From Tubulanus polymorphus (Eukaryota > Animalia > Nemertea), in contig NC_134025.1 of NCBI RefSeq assembly GCF_964204645.1, forward strand, positions 23,788,299 to 23,852,298: a stretch of 64,000 nucleotides of DNA. Reading direction: 5' to 3'. This document shows, one piece after another, positions 1-12,300 of the stretch. The stretch's first letter is position 1, and each line of letters starts with the position of its first letter. A program made the translations under genes and the position numbers. The notes beneath the pieces were generated by a model that saw only the letters and a program-made list of their open reading frames with translations, did not search any database and was not told the origin of the DNA.

Positions 1-112
1 ACAGCGTCGGGGAGTGGTCATTTTTTTCCAGTTGTTTTTTCAATGGTTTATCAAGATCGGTCCAATGAAGACCAAGTTTCTTGTTGAAGTAACGTAGTCC
101 GAAATATTGCAA
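1..112 (-). CDS. PTPN14: PTPN14/PTPN21-like, second coding exon (FERM N-lobe), truncated by the window edge
   Basis: After an 81-nt intron (113-193, ...TTTTCAG) the frame continues LQYFGLRYFNKKLGLHWTDLDKPLKKQLEK, the typical FERM YFGL...W.DLDKPLKKQL motif. Confidence 0.9.
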   Translation of the reverse strand, partial: MQYFGLRYFNKKLGLHWTDLDKPLKKQLEKNDHSPTL

Positions 113-193
113 CTGAAAATATAAGTAGGTGTCCATACTTAATTGTACTAGACCAACGGCTATGGTACAGTTATCTCAATTTAATGGACCTAC

Positions 194-367
194 CTCGGAC
201 AACTCGATTCTTGGTGCGATATTTTCGAGACATTCACGACCGGTACTTTCAGCGGTTAGAGTACATTCGATGACAGCATTGTCGAGCAGTCTAACACAGA
301 CAACGTAGAGATTCTTCGAAGACACGTGATAGCGTCGTGTTCTCTTCAGGCGCAATTTAAACGGCAT
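194..367 (-). CDS. PTPN14: PTPN14/PTPN21 (Pez)-like FERM-domain tyrosine phosphatase, first coding exon
   Basis: MPFKLRLKRTRRYHVSSKNLYVVCVRLLDNAVIECTLTAESTGRECLENIA resembles the PTPN14/21 N-terminus (MPFGLKLxRTRRYxVLSK...IECTLSVESTGQECLE). GAG|GTAGGT donor at 193, acceptor at 385-386 upstream of the ATG. The invertebrate gene is co-orthologous to PTPN14 and PTPN21. Confidence 0.9.
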
Positions 368-3228
368 TGTAGTCTATCTCATTTCTGAAATAGCAAAAAA
401 AGTCAGCAGAGACTGAGAAAGTGGCATTAAATTCATTTTAGTGTCACCAGGACTTATGATTACCACGGCACAGGTAGGTGATCTTACATATGATTAAGTT
501 GGAGATCTTAAATCAAAGCTCTTCCCCCGCATCAGTGTCTTACACTTCGCAAAAAAAAAGGAACTTGCCCAGACTATTTTTATTCTCTCGCTCAGACAGT
601 GGTTTTTTATCCAATAAAAAACGTTTGATTTCAAACATATTACCAATATCTAATTTTGCGAAAAACAAGTATTCCCAGATTACACCTACCCTGTATTACT
701 GGCTATGATGACTCACTCGTGTGGATATTTAGTCTGAGACAAGAAATGATGATTAATTCTGAAAATTCCAAATATTTACAAGTGTTTTAGTATTAATTGT
801 TGCCACTAGTCGTTGATTTGGCAGCACCTGCTGGAAGCATTTTTGAGCCCTCCTCTTTATAATTTGTCCCTCGTGTAGTATGGAAATGGCGCTTTCATTC
901 AAGTTTTGCCAAGTTTTTTACGTCTCGGCTAGCTGCACAATATCAATGACTGATTCTAGTAGAGCCTTTTGAAGATGGATCCTTCTGATCTAGTAGATCA
1001 CGTCACCTGGTCACGCAGTCACGGAACGGGCATCTTCATCTTCTGCTGCTTAGTCAAGTGCTTGGAAGTTCAAGTGCTTGGCCTTGGGCCCTTGTGGTGG
1101 CTCTGGCCGTCGTAGCCGTAGGCGTAGGGCCTGTGTACGGGTACGAGTGCCTTTACATTCCACCCAACAAAAAAAACACTAAAAGTCCACTAAAATCGTC
1201 AGTGACGGTAAAGCTGAAAACCAAAGGAGCAGAGATGAGCCGCATCCACGGCAGCCTCGGTCTATAGAGAGCCAAGAAGGCGAAGGTGGAAGGGGCAGTA
1301 ATCAGTTTTGGAAATGATCTCTTTTTGAGCTCCAGATTGCAATAAATAGCATGCCTAAGGCTTAGACATAAAAAAATTTCGCATCTCCCCCAAAAATTTG
1401 GTCCTTGTCTGACCACTCAAAAATTCATGGCTACCACGATACTATCCCCACAAACATTTCCAGAAGAGCTGGTCTACCCTCTTTTTGCTTCAAGTGTTTG
1501 CCTTGTTGGGGATATGAATATCATGCTCTTTTCAAGATCTTTACCCCTGTAATAGGATATAATACTATGTACCTACAACTTAAATCTACCCCTGAGTCAG
1601 AAGTTCGGGCCAAAATGAAATGGCACTTGTAGGCCTTCCTAGAATGCAGGAAATGCTTTAGATCCGCCCCACTCAATCTAGTCTATTGGTGTCAGCTGAA
1701 TACAATTTTTTTAGTTGCATAAAGCGTAGCACATTTGAGCTTCACAAATTACAGCCAATTTTCTAGCTTGTATATGCTCGTACAATATCCTCTCCTATTG
1801 TCAGCGCTATAACTTTCACCTGATTTTTGAAGTCGTCGTGATCTTGTTTTGAATTCTTTTCACCAAAAAGCTAGTAGCGAGACAATCGTTCGAATTTAGA
1901 ACTGGCAGCGAACCGGTATAAGTGTATATAGACAGTTGACACTAATAGTCTGTGATTATTCTATTTTCACAGGCATACATCAGCAAATAACATGCATTGA
2001 TCTCGATGTGCATATCCAAAAAGTTTTTTTTTTCGGATGTCTTGATCTCGTTAGCCTGTGGTAAGTAAAATTGTGTGTTAAGTCATTGAAAGTTGATGTA
2101 TTATGATGATATTAGATGATTCTTTGACATTTGATATCTGATCCTATTTCATTTCTAGCTATTGTTGACCACTTGTCCACCATAAATAAGTCAAGAAGTG
2201 TCGACCTGTATAAGTGGATCCTACTGTGTAAGCATTCGTATAGAAAGAATTTCTATTTGCTTTGTGGGGGTTATTTTTCAAATCTTTATCGCTAATATCG
2301 ATGATCAAATTTCAATTTTCAATCATAAGATTATCTTATTCCGATATATATGCAAAGAAAAGTGAAACTATGATTGAAACCCTATGATTCAATTAACTTT
2401 TAAATTTCACCTCGGGTAACTTCTCTAATAGAAAAAAAGATGCATTCAGATATATAATTGGAATCTCTCGGTATTTTTCAAAGTTATTTTCTAGGTTATG
2501 CTCAAATGATTCGCATTAGATAGTCAAGTATAGTTGAGCTATTGAAATTTAATAGGCCTGCACTGAACAAAAAATCTCCCCATGAGGTTCAAGTCATTTG
2601 TCAAAGTATTTTTTGCTTTACTAGATATTCTTTGAATTCACTTTGGATTAGATCAAAGCTTTTCATTTTCTAATGATTACCGGTATATACTATACTGTAT
2701 ACTATAAACCTAAATCTAGACTTTGCAATTAAACAGATTTTAGATAGAGATCCCAGTCCCTAAGCTCTGATTGCTTAATCCACACTTCAAATGATATAGG
2801 CCTACGCGAAAATCTATATTTTTCCTAAATGCTATTTATCTACTTCAAATTTTTCAGAAGACATGAATATATCTAGATTCAATATGTATTTTTTGTTGTG
2901 TGATAGAAACTAATTTGAATGATACTTATAATACATATTTATATATTCAGTACGCAAATGAATTAATAAGCCATATACAGTACGCAAATGAATTAATACG
3001 CCATTAATTATTTCTGAATAGGTTTTCTCAAAGCAAATTATCGAGCCATACGTCATTGATTGCCACTTGCCACTGTGTGGTTAAGTTATATTTAAGTGTT
3101 GTACGTGTGTCCTTATTAAAAGCTCGCCTCTTAACAGGATTTATTAGCTCGAGTACCAAAGCCATGAAATAAGTCATCTAAATCCAGGTGATTAGATATC
3201 TATTTGTATGTTTTTAGATGAATTTTCA

Positions 3229-3343
3229 ATGATGTTCTCCAAACAGGAACTGGATGGTCATCCAGTTGAGAACTGGACGGTGAATGATGTACAAAAGTGG
3301 ATGCTATCAGTCAGTCTTCAATCTGTTAAACACATATTTGTCA
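3229..3343 (+). CDS. SAM-RA-RA-PDZ gene exon, SAM domain start
   Basis: PVENWTVNDVQKWMLSVSL is a classic SAM 'W...DV..WL..L' motif. Acceptor at 3216-3217, donor GTAAGT at 3344. Confidence 0.8.
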
Positions 3344-6300
3344 GTAAGTTCAACCACATTATTTGCACAGTGCCTTTTTGTAAGTTGGATTAGGATGAAT
3401 TATCATTATCTTTAGATGAATGAACTTTAATGAACATTACGTAATCTTTTTTAGGCTATGGCATTGATGGGAAAACTTTGCTTTCAATTGATAGAGAATT
3501 CCTAGGTAATTTATAGAGTTTAGAAACAAAACGCACTGAGAGGATTTTTGACCATACTGTGCAAGCCTTTTAACTAACAACTGATCTGATTGAGAGGTTT
3601 TATAAAGTGGTTTAAGGGGTCTAAACGGATTTAAGCAATGATACACTTACTTAGCTTAAACAGTAATAACTAGAAGTATTATATTGTTGAACTAAGAATG
3701 ACTATGTATAAGTGTGGCGGCATGAAACAATCATAAATGCATATTTGCACATGCACAAGGTCTATGTGGAGGTATATTTCATTTCATGATCATATATACG
3801 TACAGGTCAGCTATTTTATTTTTCAGGGCAACGTGGAATTTACGAAAGAGACTTGCAGACGAAAATTCTTAGCGCTATTTATGAGGTTAAAGTTGCCCAT
3901 GGAGAAAGTAATACGAAATTGAACTTTTCTCTGAGGGATTCAAGTAGACTGCGTATAGAAACTGCTGCTGCGTCGAAACAACAGCCTGTCTCTATGGCTA
4001 CGAAAAATCTAATTCAGCCTGATTTGAAAGAAAAGACGATAGAAATGCCTGTTAATTCAGAAGATATTGACGATTTGGATAATGAACAGAATTGTGTTTT
4101 GGATAAGAACCAGAATAACATAAATAAATCAGTGGAGTCTCTCGATATGGACGTATTGAACTGTAATAACAAACTACATGATCCGATTGCTGAGAATTAC
4201 TTGGATATTTCTCATGCGGTGTCTTTGGATTGCTTGCGCGATACTCAAGAGGTTAATTGCGATTTATCACGTTTCTCAGCATCAGCTGACGTTCTTTCAT
4301 GTGATAGCGCTGAAGTTGCTGGCGAAAACTTTGTCGTGAACGAAGAAAATACTCCTAGTGAAAGTATTCGAAACAATAATGAAGATAAACATGGACTTGG
4401 TGATTCAAGTACTGTAGAACTGGACACAAAAAAGAAAACAACTGATAAATCTGAAGAAAGTAACTTTATCTCAGACGCATCCAATTCGGTTATAGATGGG
4501 TCGTTACAGCCGCCGGACAACTGTAATTCTGATGAAATTGAAGTAAGTGCTTAATTAACTAATATAGAGAATCCAACTCTTATATAACGAGAAAGATGAC
4601 GTCCGAACAGTTTCCTTTAAGCTAATGATTTATTGATTGGACATTTTAACTATACCCTATAGACATCTTCAGGAATACTGAGTCCTCAGAAACTTTTAAC
4701 ACTTATCTTTCCATGGACTCTAAAACAAAGTACATGATCTCTCATTATAGAAATGTGGGATCCTCTATATATCATCTCAACACAGACATATTGTTTCATC
4801 AATGGTTTAATTAGCTTACTTATAGTATCCTCTGAAGACCATTTTTTCAGAAGATTGTAAATAATTTTGGTAAAAACTTTTAATTAGTCAAGAATTTTAG
4901 TTAATTTTGCGTTATTGAAATTACTGATTTACTCTATTGATATACTTACCAATAGAGCATAGATAACAGTTAGGACTCACAATGAACGCCTTAATTGGTA
5001 ATTATCAACTGGGGTAAATCCTTATCTATGATTGCAAATTATTATTTTAATTATAGGCAGTGTAGTTCTATAGGCTGTACAGCTAAACAAACCCTATTGT
5101 TTGCTAGCAATTCGTCACAGGCGACCGAGTCTCGTGCGCTCGAGATCATAAAAGCCAGTACTGCTTACAAAGCATAGTTTGGCATGAGTCCTGCAAATCT
5201 TGACAAGCGTGTTTTAACGTATTGAATCACAAGTGTCCAATTGTCACTGTACATATATACGCGACACATTGTAATTCCCGCATGCAACCCGGCAATTTAG
5301 CTTATAGTAGATTTGGAAGCTCAAAAAGTTATGTAACAGTGTTTAATACTGGTGACCGTATAAGGCTACAGATATACTTATATCTTGAGAAGTTAGTAGG
5401 ATATACTACGTACAAATATGGCAAAGGATAAAGATAAAATCTTTGTAAGTAAATTAAATATATTACATTGTTAACTGATATTATAGGTCTCAATATGTAT
5501 ACCATATATACACAGGCATGTTTTAAACTACAAAGTCATATCAACTTATTTAATTTGGTTGATGCTTATTGTTTGGTCCTGATCCGTCTATTCGCATAAG
5601 CATATGTGACAATGACAATGAACAATGGTGGGAGCATTTTTTGTATCCCTCTACTACTATCTCTACAATTCATAGCACAAGTCAGATATATATGCATAGT
5701 CATAGGCGTGTTATGAATCGCAATATGCTTATCGCAGTTATTGATTAGAACCATATTGAGGTTAATATATAAATTCTTTCGAATTAATGAAAATAACTTG
5801 GCTAGATTATAAGACAAGTCAAATAGGGCTGTACTTGTCATATTGATGTTTGCCCCATCTATTATTCAGTACAGATAGAAATTCTGAAACATGGAAAATT
5901 TGATTGAGACGATGGCTTCAGATAATAAGTATTTTTCCTGATTCGTGTGTTGATAACCCATCTTCACTTGGACTGCTTGCCCTGGGCGATACGTATTTAT
6001 TGGCGGACTACTGTAAATGTTGGATGGGTTTTTCCATATCAAGATATGCTTCCTTTCAAGGAAAAAGAAATGAAGGTGTAACATGGCTCTTGAAAACGTT
6101 TTCTATGCTTATCGCCCATTATCCGTCTGAAAATTGAGGCAAGCGAAATAATAAAGCTTGCTTGTCAAAATAATGTTGCCATAACAAGCCTTATGAAATC
6201 AGATTAATCTTAAGATAACGTACAGCTATTCATGTTATTTCTTAAGATACGTACCAGCAAAAATATGTGATTCACGGTGTAGAAATATAACGGGGACTTA

Positions 6301-9300
6301 TGATAAAACTCTTATGGCTTCAATTTTTGTAGAACGTAGTTTAAGATGAATAAAGCAAGTTCTGCAGTAAAATTATCAAATTGGTTTAGTTTAAACCGAA
6401 GTACTTATGAATGTAGATCAATTGATTGGGCATGAGCCAAAATGTCTGCTATCACGTTGTTGTAGTATTATGAGGTAAAACTCGATACCTGAGGTATTTA
6501 TTAATCATATATATTATATTTCATTTAGCATATGTTCATGCGGGAAAATATTTGAAAATTTTTTATTGGATGAAAAATCATCGGAACTAAACAGTATGCA
6601 CGTCTATAAGCAAGCTAACTCTTTGATAAAAGATAGTAAACTGGTCAACTTTTAGAAAAAGCTAGCCTGAGCATATATATCTGGTTAACTATCGAAATGT
6701 TATACCATTGACCAACTGCTGTATGTAATCACTAAATGTTCTGAATAATTGATAATAGTGCTCGGCGTGTTATTGCATTTGTTACTATGTCTTGATCTCG
6801 ATGAATAATTCAGTGTGATATTTTATTATGGTCGTAGGGCTCAATTCAGGTTGATGGAAGCATCCTGTCATCGGATCTACACACGAGAACGTTCGTTATA
6901 TCGAATAAAACCACTGCCAAAGAGCTGATCAGTCTTGTGCTGACCAAGTACAACATGGCCAGCCGCGATCCAAACCTGTTTTATCTCACAATGGAAACAA
7001 GCAGTAAAAATACTGGTAAGGAGTTATGTACCTGGTCATAGCAGTCGAGAAGTTTGGGCTAGCTTCTATTTTGAAAAGACCTCACATCTCTGCTCGAACT
7101 CTCATTCTTGACAAGAGCTATACGAAATATTTTCTTGTTAGACCTTGACTTTTTGTATACACTTTGCTGCATTTCCGTGACAATCCATATTTCTTTTGCT
7201 TAATTATTGTAGAGAAACCAATTCAAAGTGTGGTTACGATAGGTGAAATGAGCTGTCCATTGGACATCCAACTTAACAACAACAAAGATACAAAGTGAGT
7301 TATATCAGAATTAAATTGCCCTTTTAAGGTAAATTAGAAAATGTTGATGATGATTTACGTATCTTTTACAGGTTTTGTATTCAGATGAAAAGTGGAGGCT
7401 TAGTAAAAGTGTATGACAGTTGTCTGACACCAGGGGTAAATTTCCGATTTTGGTTTATAATGAAAAATGTGTCTTATGAAACGCTTTTAGGCTAGAAAAA
7501 GTGTTACCTTGTTGCTCGTAATCGGCTGGGTCACTGGTTAACTGCAATAAAATTTGTAATCAGTTCATTTCTGTCGGGTCTATCATTGTTAGCTTGATCA
7601 TGATTTGGAAAAAAAGTTATGCATAGGGTACAGGTCAACTTTTAAGCTTGGCAAAAATGAGAAACAAGGTATCAATTTATTTTTGTCATATTCATTTAAG
7701 ATTGTTAAATGTCAAATTTTTAATATCGATTGCAGTCATTCTATAAAAGTATGTTCATATCAAAGAAAACCACATCTAGAGAGCTGATCAAATTGTTGTT
7801 ACATTATTACAAATCTCGAGAATACGTAGATGACTTTGTCTTGATGGAAACCGATGACCAAGGAAATGGTGAGTAATAGGAATTATGTGCTGCTACATCA
7901 AGGTCGGGACTGAAATCTTTTGTGATTTATGCTCAGTTGAAGCATCAAACCTGGTACCCAGGTGAGACCTGAATATGACTACTATTTGGGAGTTTAGTTT
8001 CTACTCCCAAAAATATCCACCCTCAAAATCATAATAATCTCTAACACAGTTCATTTTCAATTAATCTACTATTTTTTAATGTGAAATTACTCTTATTCTT
8101 TGTGAAAACTACAATGAGAGATATCAGGTTGTCCAGTCTCTCAGGTATAAATGATTAGATTGTCATGGCAATTGAATGCGGACATTTTTAAATTCACCCT
8201 CTTAAGTCCAATCAGCTTAGTTGCATTAGCAAATATGATACAGTGTTTGCAATAAGCAAATAGTCACATATTTGATATTGAATATCATATATTTATGTGG
8301 TTATGTGGGAAATTGGTGGTAAAATTTAGAAATTTTCAATAGAATAGGGCATGCTTTCCTACTTTTCCTATTTTCCAATTTAAAAAGTTCTCCTGATCCT
8401 TACTTTTTATTTTTTCACATCTTTCCTAAAAAAATCCTATTTTTCTTCTATTTCTGATGGTACAGGTGTCATCACACTGTCAATCATCTTTCTGCAAAAG
8501 CCCTACATTGACAAGGATTCAGCCACTGAATCAGCATTCTTGAATTCTGTTAGCTTGACAAGCATCAACAGCCTTTTGGTTGATGACCGGTCAAGAGTGC
8601 CTTCAATGCATAATCCTGATCAAGTAAAGGTATCAGCAGTGGCAGATTCAGGGGAATTCCTGGGTGTCTGGAGTTAAAGAATGATATCAGAGACCCCAGA
8701 TGTCCCTAAAAACAATGCACTTTGGGCATTCAGCAACTTAGAAAAATAAATTCCTTATTTTCCTCATACTATGATTCAAAAGGTGTATGCCTGTAGAAAT
8801 GAAGAAGATATGTGTTGTTCCCGTCAGCGTACTGAGAGTAATTGTTATTTGGACCCCTTCTGTTTTGTACAACAGTATGAATTATTAGATTCAGTTTCGG
8901 AATTAACCATTGGCTTATGTCCAAAGAAAAAGCCTACATTTGTATAAAATAATCAAGCAGTCATTGTTTCCTAGCCACAAAAGCCCTCGTGCGAATCTTA
9001 ACTGAGGCATGGTTTAGTGACCACATTCAAATGCTATTTATAAGGTTGTGGCTTATTGAAACAAATGTATCAATCACCTTGCTCTTTATGTGTAGCAGTA
9101 CTGCAAGGAAAAACAAGACATAACAAATGTGTTTAGCCTATGTATTTCGCAAAGATCTTATGTTTTGATGTATAGTGTTTATAAAAATTCACATTTCGTT
9201 TTAGAATTAAGGAGATTGTCGGAGAGTGAATGCCCTCTTATTACTCAGCAGAGATGGAAGTCAGAAAAATGTTTTCAGCTCAAAAGAATTGGTAAAAAGA

Positions 9301-12300
9301 GTAATTCGGTGAGTTTGGCTTATTGAAATTCAACATTATGTATGATTTGATTTAGATATTGGATAGATTTTATGTGAAATGATGAGCGGTGACATCAAGG
9401 AACTTCGATATACAATTTCTTATGTACAATGTAAAAAGCAAGCTACACCACCGTAACAGTATTCTAATTGGTCTCCAGCATAGTCTAAAAAGCATTCTAC
9501 GTATACTATTTTTTCATACCCCATGTTGTTTTATTTTCGACTATCAAGTAATTAGAATGTGGCCCTATATACTGTCTTGCATTTTGAGTTGGGTTATTCA
9601 AGGGATTAAACGTATAACATCATCAGTGTTTGATTAAGGATTGTTAGATCAACAAAATTTTGTTCACATACGTCCATGTGTTTTATTCATGTACAAACTT
9701 GTCTAAATCCAAACAGGTATGTAAATTACAATGTTTGGGTGTTGTTGGCAATTCATTTCAAACTTTTGTGCTTAATTTTAGGTTCAGCGATCACGCAGTT
9801 TTGGGGGAGTATCTGAACACGGTAGAGAACACTTGCAAGCTGCTTTAAAAAGATCAGCTCAAAGAGTAAGTGATGAATTTCTCATTAGATGTTTTTAGGC
9901 ATGTATTTTTGGGCAGGTGCCAATGCAAAACAAAAGATTTCAAATCAAACAGTTTTGAACATAAGCATTGGCTCAAATTTTCACCGTCAAATATTTATTG
10001 CTAAACGAATCAAATACTTTTATTCAAACATTAAATCCTATACACTATTCACAACTATTTCTTTTGTTTAAATTATGTATTGCGTTTACAAATGGTCCCG
10101 GTGTCTGCTGGAACAAGCCATATGGGTAGACCTATCGCTGAGATTCCATAGAATTGGGTCACAAAGTGTGAAGTTGACGATCAATGTACAGTACTGTCAT
10201 AGTCGTTGATTTTCAAACAATATGCCAATTGAACAGCACTGCAGGACAGTGATTTAGTTCATGTTCGAGTAATATAACTCTTGTCTTATTTATGAATACA
10301 AGATCGTTTACTGCAGTTGAGAGTGTTAATATTTATTTCTGTTTATGCTGTTCTTCAGAGAAAGCAACGCTCCAATTTTCTCGGAGTCGAAGAAAATACA
10401 GTGCCATCGGATGAAAGAAATGATCAAATAGAAAAATTACGTGGCAGTTTATTGCAACTCCAACAAGATAAGAACAGTGTATTCTTCAGTAGTCAGCAGG
10501 CTGTAAAACCAACGATTGATACAGCGCCGAGGGATCTACTCCGCGAGAAGATTGAGAATTTCAAGAACATTAGGTCAAGTTTCCAAAAAACAAAAACAGA
10601 CAATACTAAACGTGAAATAGAATCTAAAGCGAAGCCAGAACCAAGTTCGGTTGTCAAGGAAGAAGCAAGGGTGAATACCGATTCGAAAAATTTGAATGAC
10701 GATGAATTATTGCAACAGTCAATAAAGGAACGTAAAGTAAAATTGGAAGAAACATTACGAGCACGATCAGCGAAGGCACGCTTCGTAAAGATATCTGAAA
10801 ACGATGAAGGCATGAACGCCGAATTGCCTGAACACGTTCATTATAAGAAAGAGCAGCCCGATAAAGTTGATAGGAAACAGAATAAGCGATACAACACTAT
10901 ACCAGGAGATTCAGTAGACGATCCAAAAAAGGTCTTGGATATACAAGAATTTAAAGGTCGGATATCTGAAAAATTGTACTCATTGAGCAGACAGTCATCA
11001 AAAAAGAAAACAAATCAAGTTGCTGGCGACGATTCTAGTGAAATTACCAATAAACTGACTGGTAGATCAGATGAGATAAACACGGAATCTGAAATACAAC
11101 CAGCAAGCATGTCGAATGTTGCAACCACAATCTCGGAACATGAACTGAAAGCCAAAGAGAATTCAATTAAAGAAGTTTTAGCTGAAGAAAAAGCGAAGCT
11201 TTTGAAGGCAGTTAGTCATGGTTCTGCTACCCAACAGGGTACTTCTGTGGCAAACCGATACAAACCAAAATCAGTATCTCTGAGCAAAAGCAATGCATCG
11301 ACTGATACAAAGCAACGATCGTTCTCATCTACTGGCAGTGAATCTCCCATCAAAACAGTTCAGTCTGAAATAATGAGTGCCAAAAATTTGAGAAACTTAC
11401 GAATGCCAGTTGCAGTGCGTCCAGTTCGAGCTGTAGCCAAAGAAAATACTGAAAATATGAGTAAATCTGCGGCAACTCCAAGAAACGATGGAGAGATAAC
11501 CAAAGATGGATTGCTAAAATCATCTAGCGAGGCTGAAAATAGTAAAGCGAAACAACTGAAGGATAATGATGACTCAAAAGCAAAAGATGAAGCTGAATCA
11601 AATAGACTTGGTGGTGCAGCTGCGTTATTACGTAAAAAGAAAGGACGGCGATGCTTGCCAACTATTCCTTTGAGTGCAGATTTAGAAGAGCGAAAGCGTC
11701 GCATCGCAGAACATGCTCAAATAAAGCTTCGTGCTTATTCTAGTTCTCGAGCATCCTTAGCGAGCGTAGATGATGTCAGCGAAGCGAGTACATTAAAGAA
11801 TATCGATAATATAGAAAGTGAAGCTGAAAGCATTCCAGAGCAGTTTAACCTGGAAACGAAGAACAAGAAACAGCAGAAGAACTCGTTTACCAAACAACAC
11901 AATTCTGTTGCCGATTCCGTCAATGCCTGGCAGGAGAAAGCAATGGCCGAAGTCAAGGAAACCAGTGCATATGGGTATGAGTCTAAAACTAGTAATATCA
12001 GTCCAAAAGACAATCTACCAGCTTTATCTATAGACAACGAATGTGAAAGCATTCCGGAATATCTATTATCTCCATCCAATCCTGATGATGCATTGGATGG
12101 ATTTGTTTATGATGCGAATATATCTTTTGATTTCGAATCGGTTACATCCAGTCCGAGAGAGAGTAATAAAGGAAAACTTACGGTGTCAAAAAGTAACGGT
12201 TATGAAAACAATATTGTTTCCGAACTGAAACTGGATTTAAAATGTGATAATGCTCAATGTTTATTATCTGATAGTAATGCAGGTTTATTATCTCGTTTTA

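Noticed and set aside
4995-6137. Extra coding exons (e.g. a C1 domain) between the SAM and RA regions
   Set aside because: Candidate frames hit stops or lack good donors, and 4542->6838 already joins in frame.
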